Source: a virus (Duplodnaviria > Heunggongvirae > Uroviricota > Caudoviricetes). From it: 64,000 bases of DNA. This document shows positions 61,951 through 64,000 of the stretch, one piece after another. The position numbers and the translations under genes are program-made. The notes under the pieces were generated by a model, which was given only the letters and a program-made list of their open reading frames with translations, did not search any database and was not told where the DNA came from. The stretch lies in IMG/VR virus record IMGVR_UViG_3300044846_001093, positions 1 to 64,000 of that record. One strand, given 5' to 3'. The number at the start of each line of letters is the position of its first letter. Positions within the stretch are counted from its first letter, which is position 1.

Positions 61951-63972
61951 TCATACAGCGATTTCTGTAATGAATCGGTTCACAAGAACGCGACTGACTT
62001 GCTTCTTTTTATTCATCTTGATAAATGCATTCTTTAGTTTGCTTGCTGTGAAGTTACCAGAAATTTCCAGTTCACCATCATCGGCTTGCAGGTCAGCATC
62101 ACCAGGAATAAAGAAAAACTTATTGTATCCAAGATTGAAGGATTCCACAAACCGTTCTTCCTTCAAATCCTCAGTAAGTTTTTTAGCCACGTCTTGGCGT
62201 CTGTGGTAGCCACCATCACGATCAGGATATTTCTCATACAAGTTTTGACCTGTAGAGTCTGTGTATCGGCGAGACAAGTTAGACCGTGCTGAGGCACCAG
62301 TACCAGCAATATAGAAACCAATGATTTTGGCACCAGTTGCATTGCGATACCAATCAAAAATTACACTGCGCAAGGAAGTATCGTAATTGCCATAAGGAGA
62401 CAACTTCTGGAACTTAGTTTTAGTGTCAACCAAAACATAGTTTTTACTACCGAAATAATTGTGCATTGTGTTGCTACCACTATTTACATAATGGTACGAA
62501 ATTTCATCGGCATCACCATCATGAATCAAAGCAAGGTTCACAATATCAAGATTGTTGACTTTGCGAAATTGCTCTGTCAAAGGCTTCAATGCAACCATTG
62601 CTTCCATCATCGGTGTTGCAGACAATGGCTCACTCAAAGGAACACTAAAATTACGTGGATCAGGCCAATTCTTTTTAGTATATGCATCAGCCAATGTAAC
62701 CATGTTGCGAACACAGTTATTGAATTCAACATTACCCATACGTGAATTTAAATATTCACGCAAGAACACATGAGAGAATCCCAACTCATTTTCGCCACGG
62801 GTAAATGAGTCTTTGGCGTGACGACCATGGTCTTTTCTGAATCCATCTGTCTCATTACCAAAACCATAAACCACAAAAGGAATACTGACTTTGCGGCAGA
62901 ACATAACAAGAATCAAAATCTGTTCAATAGCAGCCGCCATTTGGCTCTTCATTGAACCAGAACGATCAAGCACCAGAATCAAACCATGTGATTTACCTTT
63001 CGGCACACGGTTCATTTTCTTGAAGATGTTATCATCAATTTGGTATTTGTAGATGCGATTCACATCAATGTCACCAGTATTGGACACTTTGGTCTTGGAA
63101 AACTTTTCTGCGGCTTTACGCATTTCAAATTCTTTAGCCAACAGACTGATATAACGATCATTGTTGCTTTTGAATTCTTTGACCAATGCATCTTGTTCGG
63201 CGCGCTTATTTGGGCTCCAAAACTCCTGCATTTGTTTATGCACAATGGATGCTGGTGTCAGAATCTCAGACATGATCGGAGTAGGAACATTCAGGTAAGA
63301 ATAGTCTTTAGACTTTTCATCCAAAAGTTTGTACTCATTTTCACGATAGGCTTCATCCGTTTCACAAGTTGGCTCAAAGTCATCCTCGCCAGCAACAGAT
63401 TGTGTTGGCTTGAAACGATTGATTTGGTTGCCAGATTTTGAGTCTTCTGTTTTTTCATCGGACTTTTTGGCATCAGTATCTGACTTTTTATTGCCAGGCT
63501 TTTGCTCACCGTCTTCGGAAGATTCCTCAGTCTCTTTACCTGGACCATTGCCGGTTGATTCCTCAGATTCATCAGACTGATCCGAATCGCCAAAGTCATC
63601 AGACTCAGACTCGGTGAATTCATCATCCATGCCCATATCAGACTGCATGAATGGAAGTTTGTTTTGTTTTTGTTGCTCTTGCTTAGAGTAATCAAAAATT
63701 GCACCAGTGATTTCTACAACATCATCCCAAGTCTCAGCGGCTTCAACTTTGCTAACAAACTCAGACTCTTCATCCGTAAATTTGACACCAGTTGAAATAC
63801 CACCTTTAGTGTGTACGTTCAGGCGATCAATGAATGGGAAGGTATTGATATCACGGTCACCGAGACCGAAGAAGTCGCGGGTCAACAATTCACCATATGC
63901 TTTGACGAATGAATTACGGAGACCAGGGAAGCGGCGCTTGATTTTCTTTTCAATGCGGGCATCTTCAACCAC
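61951..63972 (-). CDS. cobT: CobT-like von Willebrand factor A domain protein with acidic central region (start may lie beyond window)
   Basis: MIDAS VLDRSGSM. Long D/E/S-rich stretch typical of CobT. Confidence 0.6.
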   Translation of the reverse strand: MVEDARIEKKIKRRFPGLRNSFVKAYGELLTRDFFGLGDRDINTFPFIDRLNVHTKGGISTGVKFTDEESEFVSKVEAAETWDDVVEITGAIFDYSKQEQQKQNKLPFMQSDMGMDDEFTESESDDFGDSDQSDESEESTGNGPGKETEESSEDGEQKPGNKKSDTDAKKSDEKTEDSKSGNQINRFKPTQSVAGEDDFEPTCETDEAYRENEYKLLDEKSKDYSYLNVPTPIMSEILTPASIVHKQMQEFWSPNKRAEQDALVKEFKSNNDRYISLLAKEFEMRKAAEKFSKTKVSNTGDIDVNRIYKYQIDDNIFKKMNRVPKGKSHGLILVLDRSGSMKSQMAAAIEQILILVMFCRKVSIPFVVYGFGNETDGFRKDHGRHAKDSFTRGENELGFSHVFLREYLNSRMGNVEFNNCVRNMVTLADAYTKKNWPDPRNFSVPLSEPLSATPMMEAMVALKPLTEQFRKVNNLDIVNLALIHDGDADEISYHYVNSGSNTMHNYFGSKNYVLVDTKTKFQKLSPYGNYDTSLRSVIFDWYRNATGAKIIGFYIAGTGASARSNLSRRYTDSTGQNLYEKYPDRDGGYHRRQDVAKKLTEDLKEERFVESFNLGYNKFFFIPGDADLQADDGELEISGNFTASKLKNAFIKMNKKKQVSRVLVNRFITEIAV

Positions 63973-64000
63973 ATTCAGAAAATGCTTGAAGTTGCGGCTG

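Noticed and set aside
1-64000. tRNA genes, CRISPR arrays, integrase/transposase, attachment sites
   Set aside because: Searched by eye for T-loop GTTCRANYC contexts, regularly spaced direct repeats and recombinase motifs. None found. The genome segment appears strictly lytic.

Overview
This window looks like a segment of a T4-like (Straboviridae-type) lytic myovirus genome infecting a Gram-negative host. The evidence is sigma70-consensus promoters, a lipoprotein o-spanin, a Tat signal peptide, and T4 homologues with matching peptide motifs.

Bases ~600-10,770 are a rightward 'hyperplastic' early region. It is driven by 12 near-identical consensus host promoters (CTTGACAATTACC-N-TGGTATAATAGAG plus conserved upstream and leader sequences). 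It is packed with about 40 small ORFs joined by ATGA stop/start overlaps. These include a six-member tandemly dispersed paralog family (MNERI...EKFAELIV.EC...HFGVEE) and many tiny transmembrane peptides. One promoter is followed by ~490 bp with no ORF but extensive helices, a candidate structured ncRNA.

From ~11,000 to the end almost everything is on the minus strand.
- T4 replication and nucleotide-metabolism core: gp43 polymerase, UvsX, gp41 helicase, gp44/gp45 clamp loader and clamp, RegA, gp61-type primase, NrdA/NrdB, thioredoxin, ThyX, dCMP deaminase, DexA, RnlA.
- A lysis cassette with a GH19 endolysin and spanins.
- A glycosyltransferase / O-methyltransferase cluster.
- An auxiliary stress/redox module: Hsp20, metallophosphoesterase, peroxiredoxin, SGNH hydrolase, AhpD-like.
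- Two tandem MazG-like genes, a CobS/CobT-like AAA+/vWA pair, and a secreted SNase-like nuclease.
- A block of very large lysine-rich proteins. One carries an embedded HicA-like domain. Another is an NMNAT (NadM-like HxGH nucleotidyltransferase) fused to a P-loop kinase and a disordered repeat tail. These are the most novel items.
- T4-type late promoters (TATAAATA) in front of a fibre-like gene, the rnlA operon and a lipoprotein gene.

No tRNA, CRISPR array, integrase or transposase was seen. All functional calls rest on motif recognition by eye and gene context; no database search was run.
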